From positions 49,414,001-49,478,000 of the forward strand of contig OZ024750.1 in assembly GCA_964016885.1 (NCBI GenBank): a DNA stretch of 64,000 nucleotides, written 5' to 3'. The DNA is from Eledone cirrhosa (Eukaryota). This document shows, one piece after another, positions 40,824-53,334 of the stretch. Below the pieces are notes generated by a model. It did not search any database, was not told the DNA's origin, and saw only the letters and a list, made by a program, of their open reading frames with translations. The position numbers and the translations under genes were made by a program. Each line of letters starts with the position of its first letter. The first letter of the stretch is position 1.

Positions 40824-43800
40824 ATGTTTATATTAAATATTTATACTCTGGTATGTATTGAGTACCCTACTTACTGTGGTTATCCCCGATTGGACACACA
40901 CATATATATATACAACCAGAAATGAAACCAGAAAAAAAAAATAAATTGGAAGTTTGAAGACAATGGATGACCTTACTATTTGAAGTAGTGACATGAACAA
41001 GGGTGATAAGCTAAAAGTTAAAGTTCAAGCAACTAATTCTGAACAATACGATAGACAGATGAAAGCAGACAAAACAATAAAAACTAGAATATAAAAGAAT
41101 AAAACACAACAGCCTGAAAGAGAAAATAGAACTTCTAGATACTAACTGTCCTATGATCAATAGCATTGTCAACCTTGAAAATGTTGTACATGACATGCAG
41201 CGAAAGGGGAGAAATATAGAGTGCAAACTATAGATAGATATTATTATAGATAGAAGTAGAGCTGTTGTAGAGATCATTTCGAATGACATCTTAATACGAA
41301 ATTCACATACGACCTGGAAGCAAGATCTGAAACCTCAGATTATCCACCTAATGTGGAATCTCGTGCAGTAATAGCAAAAAGCCTAAATAGAAAAGGTAAT
41401 AAAAATAATGGAATACTGCAAATACCTTGGTGTAGATGGCATCAGTGCTCATGTACTAATGGCATGAGGATAGCAAATAGTTTATATGTTGTGGAAAGAG
41501 AAAAGTGTGTAAAATCCTATCCACGTATGCTGTTAGTATCGCTATAGATAAAGTAATAACCAAGAATCGGTAAACCAGAGGGTGTTTACTTTCTTATCAA
41601 TAGCAAAGAAATGTTCAGTATTATATATCTCGATAGAATAAGATAAGTAAACGGGAAAATGTGATGGGAGAATGTCAATTCGGTTTTCAAGCAATTGCTA
41701 CCATTTTCATGGCAGGACACATATTCTAAGAAGCAAAATCCAATAACATGTCTCCTCATATTTAAAATTTAAAGCAGCCTTCTACGCGATCTGTGGAGTG
41801 GAAGATTATGTATCGTTAAAATAATGTGAATTATAAGATGCATGTACAGCAATACTTCGTCATATTTCTCCTCCAGTATTTTACAAACAATTTTAGTTTA
41901 TGTTTTAGATTTTGTTATTTTATATCATATCTACAGCCTCTTCTAGTCCATATATTATTATTATTATTGCTATTCATAGTCCTAGTTCATCGGGAATATT
42001 TCTTTCCCGCATACGATGGATATTACCCAAAATGACATATTACATATTTGTCCACAACTGGGTCCCTCCGCGTGTAATTCCTGCAGACAACCCCCAGTTA
42101 CCTTCAAAGGTGTTATTTACATAAAGGATATAAATATAGTACTGTATATATATAATATCAAAACAGTCATTTCTAGTGCAGATATTGTCTAAAAACAGCA
42201 ACACTATTTTATTGTTTAATCTATGAATGTCGCCGCTTCGTTCTGCCATGAGGTGTGGCCAGCAGGTAGTACAGGCAGCTGAAGTACCAATTCTGACATT
42301 GTTTTATTGGTCCAATCTGATGATGAGAGGTTTTTTTATTTTCCTTGACGAAAATATATTTCTGCTGTACAATTACTAAATGTTATATAGGGTATATGAT
42401 GTCAGGTCACTCTTTAGTGCTACTGGAAGCATGTGACCGAGTACAACCTGTCGCATGGTCGGGTCGTCGGTGACTAAACTGGCAACCCCACCAAATTTAC
42501 TTGGTGAGAAGAGTGATTTTGGACACGCTGCAGGACAAAAAACAAAACCTGACAAAAGGTGGAAGAACTCATAAGAGTCAAAGACAATCTAAAAGATAAA
42601 CATCCTGCCAAATCAATAGGTGGCAGTAGTTCCAGCTGCACGCATCGAAAGACTAGTGCAGAGAACAATGCGGATTTGTAGATGATCAATGCAAGTTGAC
42701 AATGGAAAGGCACTCCCGCTAGAGTTAGAAGAGAACTATTGATCATCAAGAGAAGCAGCGATCCCTGATTGTATTCAGTAACCGAAACAAATATGAATTA
42801 CACCAAATCGAATGCACCCTGGTTCATCTTATTTGCGAGTTTAATCTCGGTCAGATTAGATATAGGGTATATGGATGATATAACCCAAGTTTACAAAAGA
42901 GAATAATACAAATGTTCCAATATGTACCAATAATATGTTCCGGATCTTTTGCGCATTCGTGTATCATCGATTAACAAGTATGGTATCAGTACATTAAACA
43001 GTGCTAGGATGTGTAATTTGCAAAGGGATACAGGTAATTAAATGAGAAATATAAACTTTTAATTAAAATTGCGAAAGGTAAATCTATCCCCAATTGCAAT
43101 AATTGTCAGTGGATTGTTGCGCTGAAATGTGCAAAGACACAATATTAGGGCTGGAAAGCATTTAATATGAATCAAACAATCACCAGCATATATTTATCCA
43201 ACCGTAATTGGAAATCAATTTTGACCAAATATTTTATAACATTAATTACAACCGTCTTCTTATTGTAATTACATTTTCGAACTATTATCTTGAAAGCCTG
43301 AACCGAACATAACACTACGCATGTCACGTTGACCTAATAGTTTTATTTATGATTGAAGCAAAGGATCATTTAGATCAAATGTTCATTGCAAATTCCCAGA
43401 GTATGAAGGTCAAAGCCAGAAAAACAATTTGGCAACATGCAAATAGTTTTATGCTAATATTAATTTATATACACCCACTCTGTATGTATACAAATATAAC
43501 TCTTGTGGGTGATATATAAAACAATATTACGATAGAAATTTCCAGGAATAAACTTAATAAAAACAAATCTCGTATGTGAAAGCAAAATAACTACCATCTC
43601 GTAAACGAGAACAAGTAATCTAAAATTGCTATTGTAATAACATGCTTTCTTGTTCATGTCTTATTTTCATAAACAATACAAGGTGTTTATATATACATCC
43701 GAAAGTATATCGGTTGTATTTTATTGTGTTATTTAATACAGATAGCGGATTGTGTCCCAGCAGTATATTGCTACCCCTGGTTAATACATTCAAACGTTCT

Positions 43801-45132
43801 ACGTTGTTATAAGGCATTTTATGGAACCCTGATATGAATTATTGTCTACAAATCTTTAGATAAATCCTGAAGTAAATTATACTAGATCAATAAAAGCCTG
43901 TTAACTCATAACTAAATTATTAATGCCTTCGATGAGAACATGCAGTTTTGTATCATTATATTTGTGTAAAGATTCGTAAATGTCCATGTTCATCATTGTC
44001 CACACTCATGAATGTATAATGAGTTATTTGCGAAAGATCCCTATCGGTAGGTTCTTGTTAATAATCCAATGACACTCTGCATATTCCTACACAATTGTAA
44101 TGTGTTTCAAGATCAATAAGTGGCCAGAATTCAAGAGATCGGATTTCGACTCTCTGCAATGACTGCAGCCTACTTCAGTTTCTGTCCATCAGGTTACTTT
44201 ACCTGATAATCTAAGCCTATTATTATTGGGGCTGTTCTCTATTTGGTTTTCAATATTTTCAAACTTCAAATCATCCAACAGCCCGGATGAATTGTACCTT
44301 ATATAAGTGTGTGTATATGAGTGTATGCTTGTGTGAATGCTTCTTTGTGTGTGTATATGAGTGTGTGTTTATGCGAATGCTTCTTTGTGTGTGTATAAGA
44401 GTGTGTGTTTATGTGAATGCTTCTTTGTGTGTGTATAAAAGTGTGTGTTTGTGTGAGTGCTTCTTTGTGTGTGTATATGCGCGCTATGTGAAATGTTCAG
44501 TATAGAACACCTGATATATTTATTGATAATTGTATAACATATCTAATATTTTTTAATTGTGGAAGGTTACTGCCAGGGGTCTATCGCGGCATTAGCCTCA
44601 GAACATAAAATAGTGTGATGCTCAAACTAATGTACCAATCCCCAGCCAAAATATAGAGGTTGAAAATTAGAAAAATGTATAAAATAAATTCACACGAGGA
44701 AATATAAAGAGATGTAATATTTGATTATAATTTACTAAAATCTCATTGAGATTATACACAACTAACTGATACTCAGCCAGAACGATAATAATCTAAAAGA
44801 AAACACTAGAAGCTAACAAGGGAATTGATACATACATTATATTTATGGGCGAAATGAAACAATACTTACATTTTCGGAGAGTTCTTTACTCCCAAACGTA
44901 GTGTATACGAAACATAACACAAATGCCAAAAATACTTGCATATTTAAATATCTTTGTGATAACCTCCGTCTATTTATATATCTGCATTAGCTGCTGTTAA
45001 CTAAATGTATCCACTCTAAACAGCTGGCTGCAACTGCATTACTAAAATTCTGAAGATTCATTGAGTGAGCTAGGTGTTGGCCGGAGAACGTTGTCTTAAT
45101 ACCAGCGATCTTCAATATTTTTATATCATATA

Positions 45133-45303
<171 letters not shown>

Positions 45304-45311
45304 TCAACGAC

Positions 45312-46110
45312 TATCGCATTTCGGCGGGTTGAAAAAGCGAAACGAAACGCAAAATCAGAGTTATGCTGGCAAGCGCTCAATAGTTAAAATACCAGAGTAA
45401 ACAATATGTTAAAACGCCATACAAACTGAAAAAGTGGTCAAGAAGGCATTAACCACCTAAGCCAAAAAACAAATCAAGCTAAACAGGTCAAACAAAATAA
45501 ATGATAAAAACAGACCTGGACCCATTGGAATTGATGGTAAAATCCAAATGCCGGGTTTCTATGAGACCTAAATCAATAATACTGTCTGCTTAAAACTATA
45601 AGATTTTGCTATAATGATCGAACAAGGAATATCTCGTTATCAACAGGTATTTTGCTCTGTACCAACTTTGTGAATGACGTAGAGCTTTCTAAAAGCATAT
45701 GTGTAACTCCCAAGGAGAAAACCCCAGATTTTGGCAAATGAATTCAGTATGTGTAAATCATGCAAAAAATTGCATAAATAGCACAAATCGAATAAACACT
45801 CAACCGAGTAGTTTTTAAAAGAAACTTATGCAATTAATCTGTCTTTAGAATTATTAACAGGTTAATTATAAGACTCGGGAGATTAATACAAGTATAAATT
45901 CAGCGAGAATCGCATTTCGGCGGGTAGAAAAAGCAAAACGAAACGCAAAATCAGAGTTATGCTGGCAAGCGCTCAATAGTTAAAAAACCAGAGCTAAACA
46001 ATATGTCAAAACGCCATACAAACTCAAAAAGTGGTCAAGAAGGCATTTTGTAAAAGCGCATGGGTAACTCACAAGGGGAAAACCCCATATTTTGGCAAAT
46101 GAATTCAGTA
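45312..46110. repeat. Direct-repeat mosaic next to (TA)n
   Basis: About 45313-45449 is repeated at about 45910-46047; about 45690-45750 is repeated at about 46050-46110. Confidence 0.7.
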
Positions 46111-46139
46111 TATATATACATACATACGCAGGCGTATGC

Positions 46140-46470
46140 ACAAGGGAGTAGATCGTTGGACTTACAGTCATGAGTTTTTGAGAGTTATTCCGTCCCGGGC
46201 GGTTTGTGGTGTCCTTGGGGAATAGACGCTAGTTCATATTTCACCAGTTCACTGGGCTGTAGAAATGTGTGGCGACATAACTGGTGCCAAACTCTATCGG
46301 CCCCTCCCGTTCCCTTGGACAATGTCGGTGGTATTGAGATGGAAGTCTGATATCTATGTGTGACTGCTGCTCTTCCACAAACGAAATGCCCGGATACGCG
46401 TGCCTCGGAGAGAAAACTTTTGATCCAAAGTCAATGGTAATTCGTGATGGAATGGGTCTGAACCTATTAT
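46140..46470 (+). mobile_element. Diverged SINE of a second family
   Basis: Degenerate tRNA-like head (gagtagatcgttggacttacagtc...gtgtccttgggg). The body resembles SINEs I associate with octopus genomes (from recall, unverified). Confidence 0.45.
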
Positions 46471-47276
46471 ATATATACTGGATTCTTTCGTTTTTGTGAT
46501 ATGACTTGATTATGCACTGTGTCATGCCAATACACTATCAGCAGTGATAATGATGAAATGTACCCGACATACGGAGGAGTTTCTTCTTAAAAAAACAACA
46601 TAGAAACTGAGGATATGTTAGACAGAGTGGAGGCTGCAACACAGTCCAATGCTGTAATGGGGGCAAGGAAACTTCAGATTGCCATGTGTGACAGGGGAAG
46701 CCGGGGGAGGAATTTCGCCATGGCACCAGTAACGAATGTCATATGTGTGTGGGTGTATGTGTGTATGTGTATCTGTGTCTGTGTGTCTCTGTTTGTGTGT
46801 GTGTGTATTTGTGTAAATGTGTATGTGTGTTGTGTGTATTTATATCTACGTCTATACACCTAGCAAGATGAGAGTTAGATAGATAGAAATGAACCGCAAT
46901 GGCGCTGGTTGTTGGTTAATCAAAATAAGAGGAAAATATGCCTGTAGGATTTGAACATAGGGCTTGTTGATGAATATCACATATGTCAATATTATTTAAT
47001 CAACCCACACATCCGATAAACATTGATATTTATATAAAAGGAAATGATTATATAGAAATATATTTGTTTATTTGCACGGTATTTGCACCGTGTATGTCTA
47101 TGGCTTGAAGGTATTTCATTTGAATTCTTGTAGTGTATGAATATGTTGTTCTATTTTATTGCAAGCAATTATTTTTCTAAAACAGAAAAAAATAAAACAG
47201 AACATTCTTAAAGACCACGAGTAAGTAGAAATGCGAATATACACGCAGATGCCCTCCAGGCAATGAATAATACAGT

Positions 47277-47373
<97 letters not shown>

Positions 47374-48010
47374 TAATGAAATGTTTGCAAAGAAATTCAC
47401 TGCAGTCTTATAATATCAAGTTTTGTTTAGTTTATTTTCAAACATATTTGGAAATAGTTATTCAAGTGTATGCAAAATAAATAATAAATGTTCTTGTAAA
47501 TGAAATAAATCACACGGCGTCACGACAAACAGAATAAATTGAATACCATTTAAGAAAGAAAAAAACTAATTATGTGATTGGACATATTTCGTGTATGAAG
47601 TATCAGTATACACTTAATAAAACATTCTTACGTGTTCAATGAGCTATTATGGCATATCACTGTATTGTTTAGTTTTTATAATTGTTTTTGTGAGTTTTCT
47701 TTAATAACTAAATAGAGTTCTCGAATTTAATTGGACGACAACGAATCGAGGAAGAAAATTAAAAAAACAAAACATATTAGCGAACAGAAATATATAATAA
47801 TGAATGTCTTATCAAAAAATAAAAAGAAAAGAAAAAAGATTAAAATCATACACGAAAACAGGAAAAGGAGAAAAATGAGAGAGAGAAATAAGATCGACAT
47901 GTAATTAAAATCTATATTATATTTCTGAACTCAATGCATCTAAATAGCATCATTGGCTAAACTGTCTATATCTTTATTCCCCTTTTTTTTAAATTATTAT
48001 TTCATTGACG

Positions 48011-48282
48011 AAAATAAAGTACCAGTAATACACTGGCTAATTGCTGGCCTTGTGCCAAAAGTAGAAACAATTATTTCATTGACGAAATTGAGGGCGGTGG
48101 ATTGGCAGTATCAGTAGAGGGTCGGACGCCATGCTTTCCGTCATAGTTACGTCCTTTTACAATCTCAGTTCAAATCCCGCCGAGGTTGACTTTGCTTTTC
48201 ATCCTTACGGGGGTCGATAAAATAAAGTACCAGTAATGCACTGGGTAATTGCTGGCCTTGTGCCTAAAGTAGAAACAATTTT
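48011..48282 (+). mobile_element. Two tandem SINE copies (tail-only 48011-48073; full-length 48092-48282)
   Basis: Same family as 18286. ttcattgacg occurs before, between and after the copies. Confidence 0.85.
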
Positions 48283-48511
48283 TTTCATTGACGTTTAAAT
48301 TTTAATCGTTTAAATTATAGGACTCTGTTATACTGGGGCACCCCTTCTTAGTTCATCATATAAGACCTCAAGACATATTTTTCTAAAGTCTGGTACTTAT
48401 GTTCACGATCTCATTTTCATGAAAATGCTAGTTTGCGGCAAAGAAACACAGGCACAAGCACAGATGTATACATAGTTACGAAGGTTCAGAATCATACTCA
48501 TCCCTACACGT

Positions 48512-48516
48512 ACACA

Positions 48517-48601
<85 letters not shown>

Positions 48602-48664
48602 ACACACACACACACACATACACACAAACACACACACACATACACACACACACACACTCACACA

Positions 48665-48711
<47 letters not shown>

Positions 48712-48783
48712 ACACACATACACACACACATACACACAAACACACACACACACACACACACGCACACACACACACACACACAT
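48512..48783. repeat. (CA)n microsatellite
   Basis: Seen directly. Confidence 0.98.
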
Positions 48784-48958
48784 ACGTTTTACGTACGTTG
48801 TATTGAATAGAATAACTATGTGCATACTCTGGGAATGTATCCTACATTACCTATTGAGTACGCTGAGATACAACCGGTACTGGCATTGATAAAAATGCTG
48901 GGTCCGTCAACTGCTTATATATATATATATATGTATATATGTATATATATATGTGTGC

Positions 48959-48989
<31 letters not shown>

Positions 48990-49094
48990 GGAAAAGTTTA
49001 ACTTTTTTCCTATTACCTACTCTACTACCCCAAATATTGAGTACTCTGGGGCGTTATGGTCCATCTGGTTCCTTACCCCACCTCCTTCGTTATT

Positions 49095-49127
<33 letters not shown>

Positions 49128-49162
49128 TTATATATTTATATTTATATATTTATATATTTATA

Positions 49163-49241
<79 letters not shown>

Positions 49242-49274
49242 TTATATATTTATATATATATATATTTATATATT

Positions 49275-49307
<33 letters not shown>

Positions 49308-49469
49308 TTATATATTTATATATATATATATTTATATATTTATATATTTATATATTTATATATATATATATTTATATATATATATATTTATATATATATA
49401 TATTTATATATATATATATTTATATATTTATATATTTATATATTTATATATTTATACATAAACTGCATT

Positions 49470-50518
49470 GATTATATCCACCAGCTCCTGTCCATCATTG
49501 TATAACACGCCTTTTTCAACTTCCTGGCTCAAACCTACCCACAGACCTCTGGACTCCCCATGGGAAACCTCTCAGGTTTACTGGCCATTTCATATATGAA
49601 CAGGCTTGAACGCCGAGTACTGAAATCCTGTAGTACCTGCGCTTTCTTCACTTGATATGTGGATTATATACTCATCCTCACATCCGCCAACGAGAATGTC
49701 GACAAGATGTAACCAGCGGTTAAAAATATCAAACAATGCTGACAATAACTTCAAGTTCAGCATCGAACATCCCACCGACTCAGGGTCCATCGCTCTAATT
49801 GATTTTAGACTGAACATCTCTGATAGCGGTGAACTCCACACCGATTTCTACCACAAAGCTGCTAGCAGAGACCTATTCGTTCAAATCTGCCCTCCTCAAC
49901 AGTTCTAAAAGAGGGTACATCTTCAACGAAATGGCTCTCATACGCAACCGATGCAGCGACGATGCTAATAGAGCCACCCATATGAGACCATTCCACAAGG
50001 AACTAGTGATTAACTATTTCCCAGCGTCCTTCACTATCACACGACGAAACCCCAGACCCAGTGACCGGACCAACACAAACAGTAGTTACTTCTTCAAGAT
50101 CCCACATCTCAGTGAGGAAACCACCAACACCATACACAAAATCATCAGAAGAAAAGGCCTCAATATCAAACTAGCTTACTTTGGACATTCCCTGTGAAGA
50201 TTCCCCTCCACAAGGCAACCCCCAACGAGCATAACGGATCCAACCCAGCCAATTGCCCTATCCGCAACACTTAACTGCACACCTACGCAGTATTCGGGCT
50301 AGAATGTAACAAGTGCAATCTATTTTAAAGCACTATTCGACAGTTACATCTCCGTATTAAAGAGCATGTTAATACCAACTCCCTTGTTTCCGCAAACACA
50401 TCATCAAATGTGGGAACCTTGGCGTTACCACCACAATCTTAGCTACCGAATGCAGTAGAGGAACGCTGAGAATTAAGGAAGCTCTGTTAATCAATCAATT
50501 CAAGCCTGGAATCAATAA
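49470..50518 (+). mobile_element. Decayed Penelope-like element (RT + GIY-YIG), interrupted at its C-terminus by a DNA transposon
   Basis: GLPMG-like motif at about 49552, YVD, FSIEHP, FYHKAA, KRGYIFNE, ECNKC..LHLRIKEHVN and LRIKEALLI..KPGIN. Homologous to 4756-5635. Confidence 0.82.
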
Positions 50519-52510
50519 CACTGGTCAAAAGCCAAAATGGTCCTTACATGTGAATATGTGCATCTTACTAATTTCATAGCACTAAATTCAGTTTTGATAT
50601 TCATTTTTTGCTATCGGACCAGAATGCCTTAATATGAGATCGAAAATATGTTCCTCGTATTGCATTATTTATCCATTGTGTAACATATGATGACTTTGAT
50701 GTAAACATATAAACTTATAAATAAAAATATATAAACATATATATATATTTTTTTTAACACTTAGTATATTAACAAAAGATTTCTGAACAACATTCTGAAC
50801 ATAACAAAATATTTCAAAAATTTCTAAAAGAATTTCTGGATTTTGCTTTTACGCTTGTTTTCCTGGCTCTCCTCACGTTGTAGTGTCCAGCAGTAGTCAC
50901 CCATGATGTTGGGATTGAACCGACCCTGATACCTACTCTCCATTATGTCAATGTCCTGCTGAAACCTCTCTCCGTGTTCATCACTGATGTCTCCTAGATT
51001 ACTTGGAAAGAAATCCAGATGAGAATGGAAGAAATGAAGCTTCAATGACATTCGTGAACCCAGGGCGCGATAATTTTGTATCATGATTTCAACAATTTCT
51101 TTATAGTTGTCTACACGGTGGTTTCCAAGAAAGTTCTGTGTCACATCTACAAATGATTTCCATGCATTAGTCTCCAAAGAGTTTAGTATGTTCGTAAACT
51201 CACTGTCATTAACCAGCATACGAATCTGAGGACCATTCAAAACCCCTGCTTTTAATTTTGCTTCAGATACCACTCTAACCAATTTCTTACACAAGTACTC
51301 AAACCCATTACCTGTATGATCCATGCATTTAATAAAGTTTTTGGCCAAGCCTAATTTGAGATGTAATGGAGGGAGGAATACTTTTTTGCTGGATCCACGA
51401 GAGATTAGTACAGACAGTTGTATCTACCGGGTGCATCCTTTGGTCTTGTTGGCCAATCCGTCTCCATGTAGTGCTCCGCATCTGCTCTGCTATTCCACAA
51501 ACATAGAATACACATATACTTTGTGTAACCAGTCTGAAGACCTAGAAGTAGACTAATTAAGCTGTTTATGACGATGACGAGCGGTTTTAATGCGGACGCC
51601 AGGTTCCAGCAGGTTTCGTTGCTTCAGTCTTGATCCCAGGAGCTCTGCCTTTTCTTTAGACAAATGTAGGTCTCTAATGAGATCATAAAGAGCTTCCTGG
51701 TTAAATGGTATGGGTTCACTTGTTTCATGTTCGTCTTGAGAGTCATCATCAATAGGGGTGTTACTGGAATCAGAATCAGAGATTAGCTCGTGTTCAACAG
51801 GTGGAACTGGAACAGGTAAATCGTCCCTGTGAGGTGCTGGTCGGATTGCTGACGAGATATCGGGGTATTGTAGTGTAGTTCGTGTCTTCACAGTTATTCC
51901 TTGGATGTTTATATGGCAGAAGTAGCAATCGTTATTGTGGTCTTTTGGTTCTCGCGATACCATTGGTACGGCAAATGGCAAACGAGGGCTTAGTTTCCCA
52001 TTCTTCCATTCACTTAGGTGATTAACACATGACCTACACGCTATATGAGGCCTCCATTTCTTATCCTGGTCTCCTTATGGACATTTGAAGTAGCATTTGT
52101 AGTTTACTCGAACAGCTTTTGTGATTGCTTTCTTTATGCTTTCTGGTGTAAAGAGTTCACAAATATAGCAAAATTGGTCCGGGTCATTTACACATTTGCG
52201 GCGTTCCATCTCTCCCACTAATCAAAGTTGTTGTGAATTATCTAAGAATAGCTGAGGATAGTTACAATTCTGTGATCTGAAACAAGAGCAGTAAGTATGA
52301 ATTAGTTAACAACTAAATATAGTGGATACAAGTGGATGAAGTAATATTAGCCACATAGCTATGGGTCATAAAATGGATATGGTGGTTCTCGAAAACTAGA
52401 CCCGATACAGCTTAACCGTTGTCATATTCAGATGCTGCACACTTGATTACCCTAGAATGATACTAAATTATACCAGAACCATCAAATGAATATTTTGTTG
52501 TTGACCTGTG
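50519..52510 (-). mobile_element. Chapaev3-like (CMC group) DNA transposon, internally deleted
   Basis: Termini CACTGGTCAA...TTGACCTGTG with TAA duplicated on both sides (50516-50518, 52511-52513); transposase remnants inside. Confidence 0.82.
50824..52209 (-). pseudogene. Chapaev3-type transposase pseudogene
   Basis: MERRKCVNDPDQFCYIC, PFAVPMVSREPKDHNNDCYFC, DLIRDLHLSKEKAELLGSRLKQ, PPLHLKLGLAKNFIK and MSLKLHFFHSHLDFFPSNLGDISDEHGERFQQDI; frameshifts and a central deletion. Confidence 0.85.
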
Positions 52511-53334
52511 TAATTGAATGAAAAGACGTGTACCAGAATGTCTAATTTAAATGCGTGTATCCCGACATCCCAGCTGCCAGTTTCATTCTTTTTTCAAATT
52601 AAATATATGTCGTTACAAGTCAAACACACTTAGACTCACATACACACACATACATATATCGCACATATATGTTTCCCGTTTTATTATATACATATTGACG
52701 CACAGCTTTCACTAAATAAACTGACATTCATGAACACATACAAACATCCCACTAAGCAAACTTCGAAATGTTAACGTCTTTTCATTTCATTTAACTTAAA
52801 TCTGCTCTCCAAACAAGCAAGTCAACTTAGATCGATTTTAAAATCCCTCATATGGTTACACCCTTCATAATGGGTTTTTAAAATATTTGGGATCATTAAA
52901 TTTGCTAAGATAATATACCGTTGTTATCTTGGCGATTTAATTTATTTCTATTGCATTGTTTGGTTTTCAAAATTATATATATAAAACCACCCCAAAAACA
53001 TTACACACACATATACATGGCAAATAAAGAAATCTTAGAATATATAAAGCAGCACACAGACACTGCAGAACAAAATTACTACATCCCACCAACACCAACA
53101 CCTATCTCGAAACATAAACACTTTTGAAATTAAAATATAACATTATAAACATTTAAAAGGAAAATTTCCTAACGCAGTTGGAGACTTAAGAGGGTCGGAT
53201 ACCAAGAGGATATACACCGACATCATCTTCGAGACACCCATGACCAGCCAAAGGGACGGTTCAACTGTCCCTTTCCCAAACGATCAGGGTAGGTGATCCT
53301 TTCTCACTTTCTCCATTTCTCACCCAACATTGCT

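Noticed and set aside
42420-42790. Possible RTE-like LINE 5' fragment
   Set aside because: Only a vague resemblance, with no diagnostic protein motif readable.
44305-44480. About 40-bp GT-rich tandem repeat giving a Cys/Val ORF
   Set aside because: Ordinary short minisatellite with no coding evidence.
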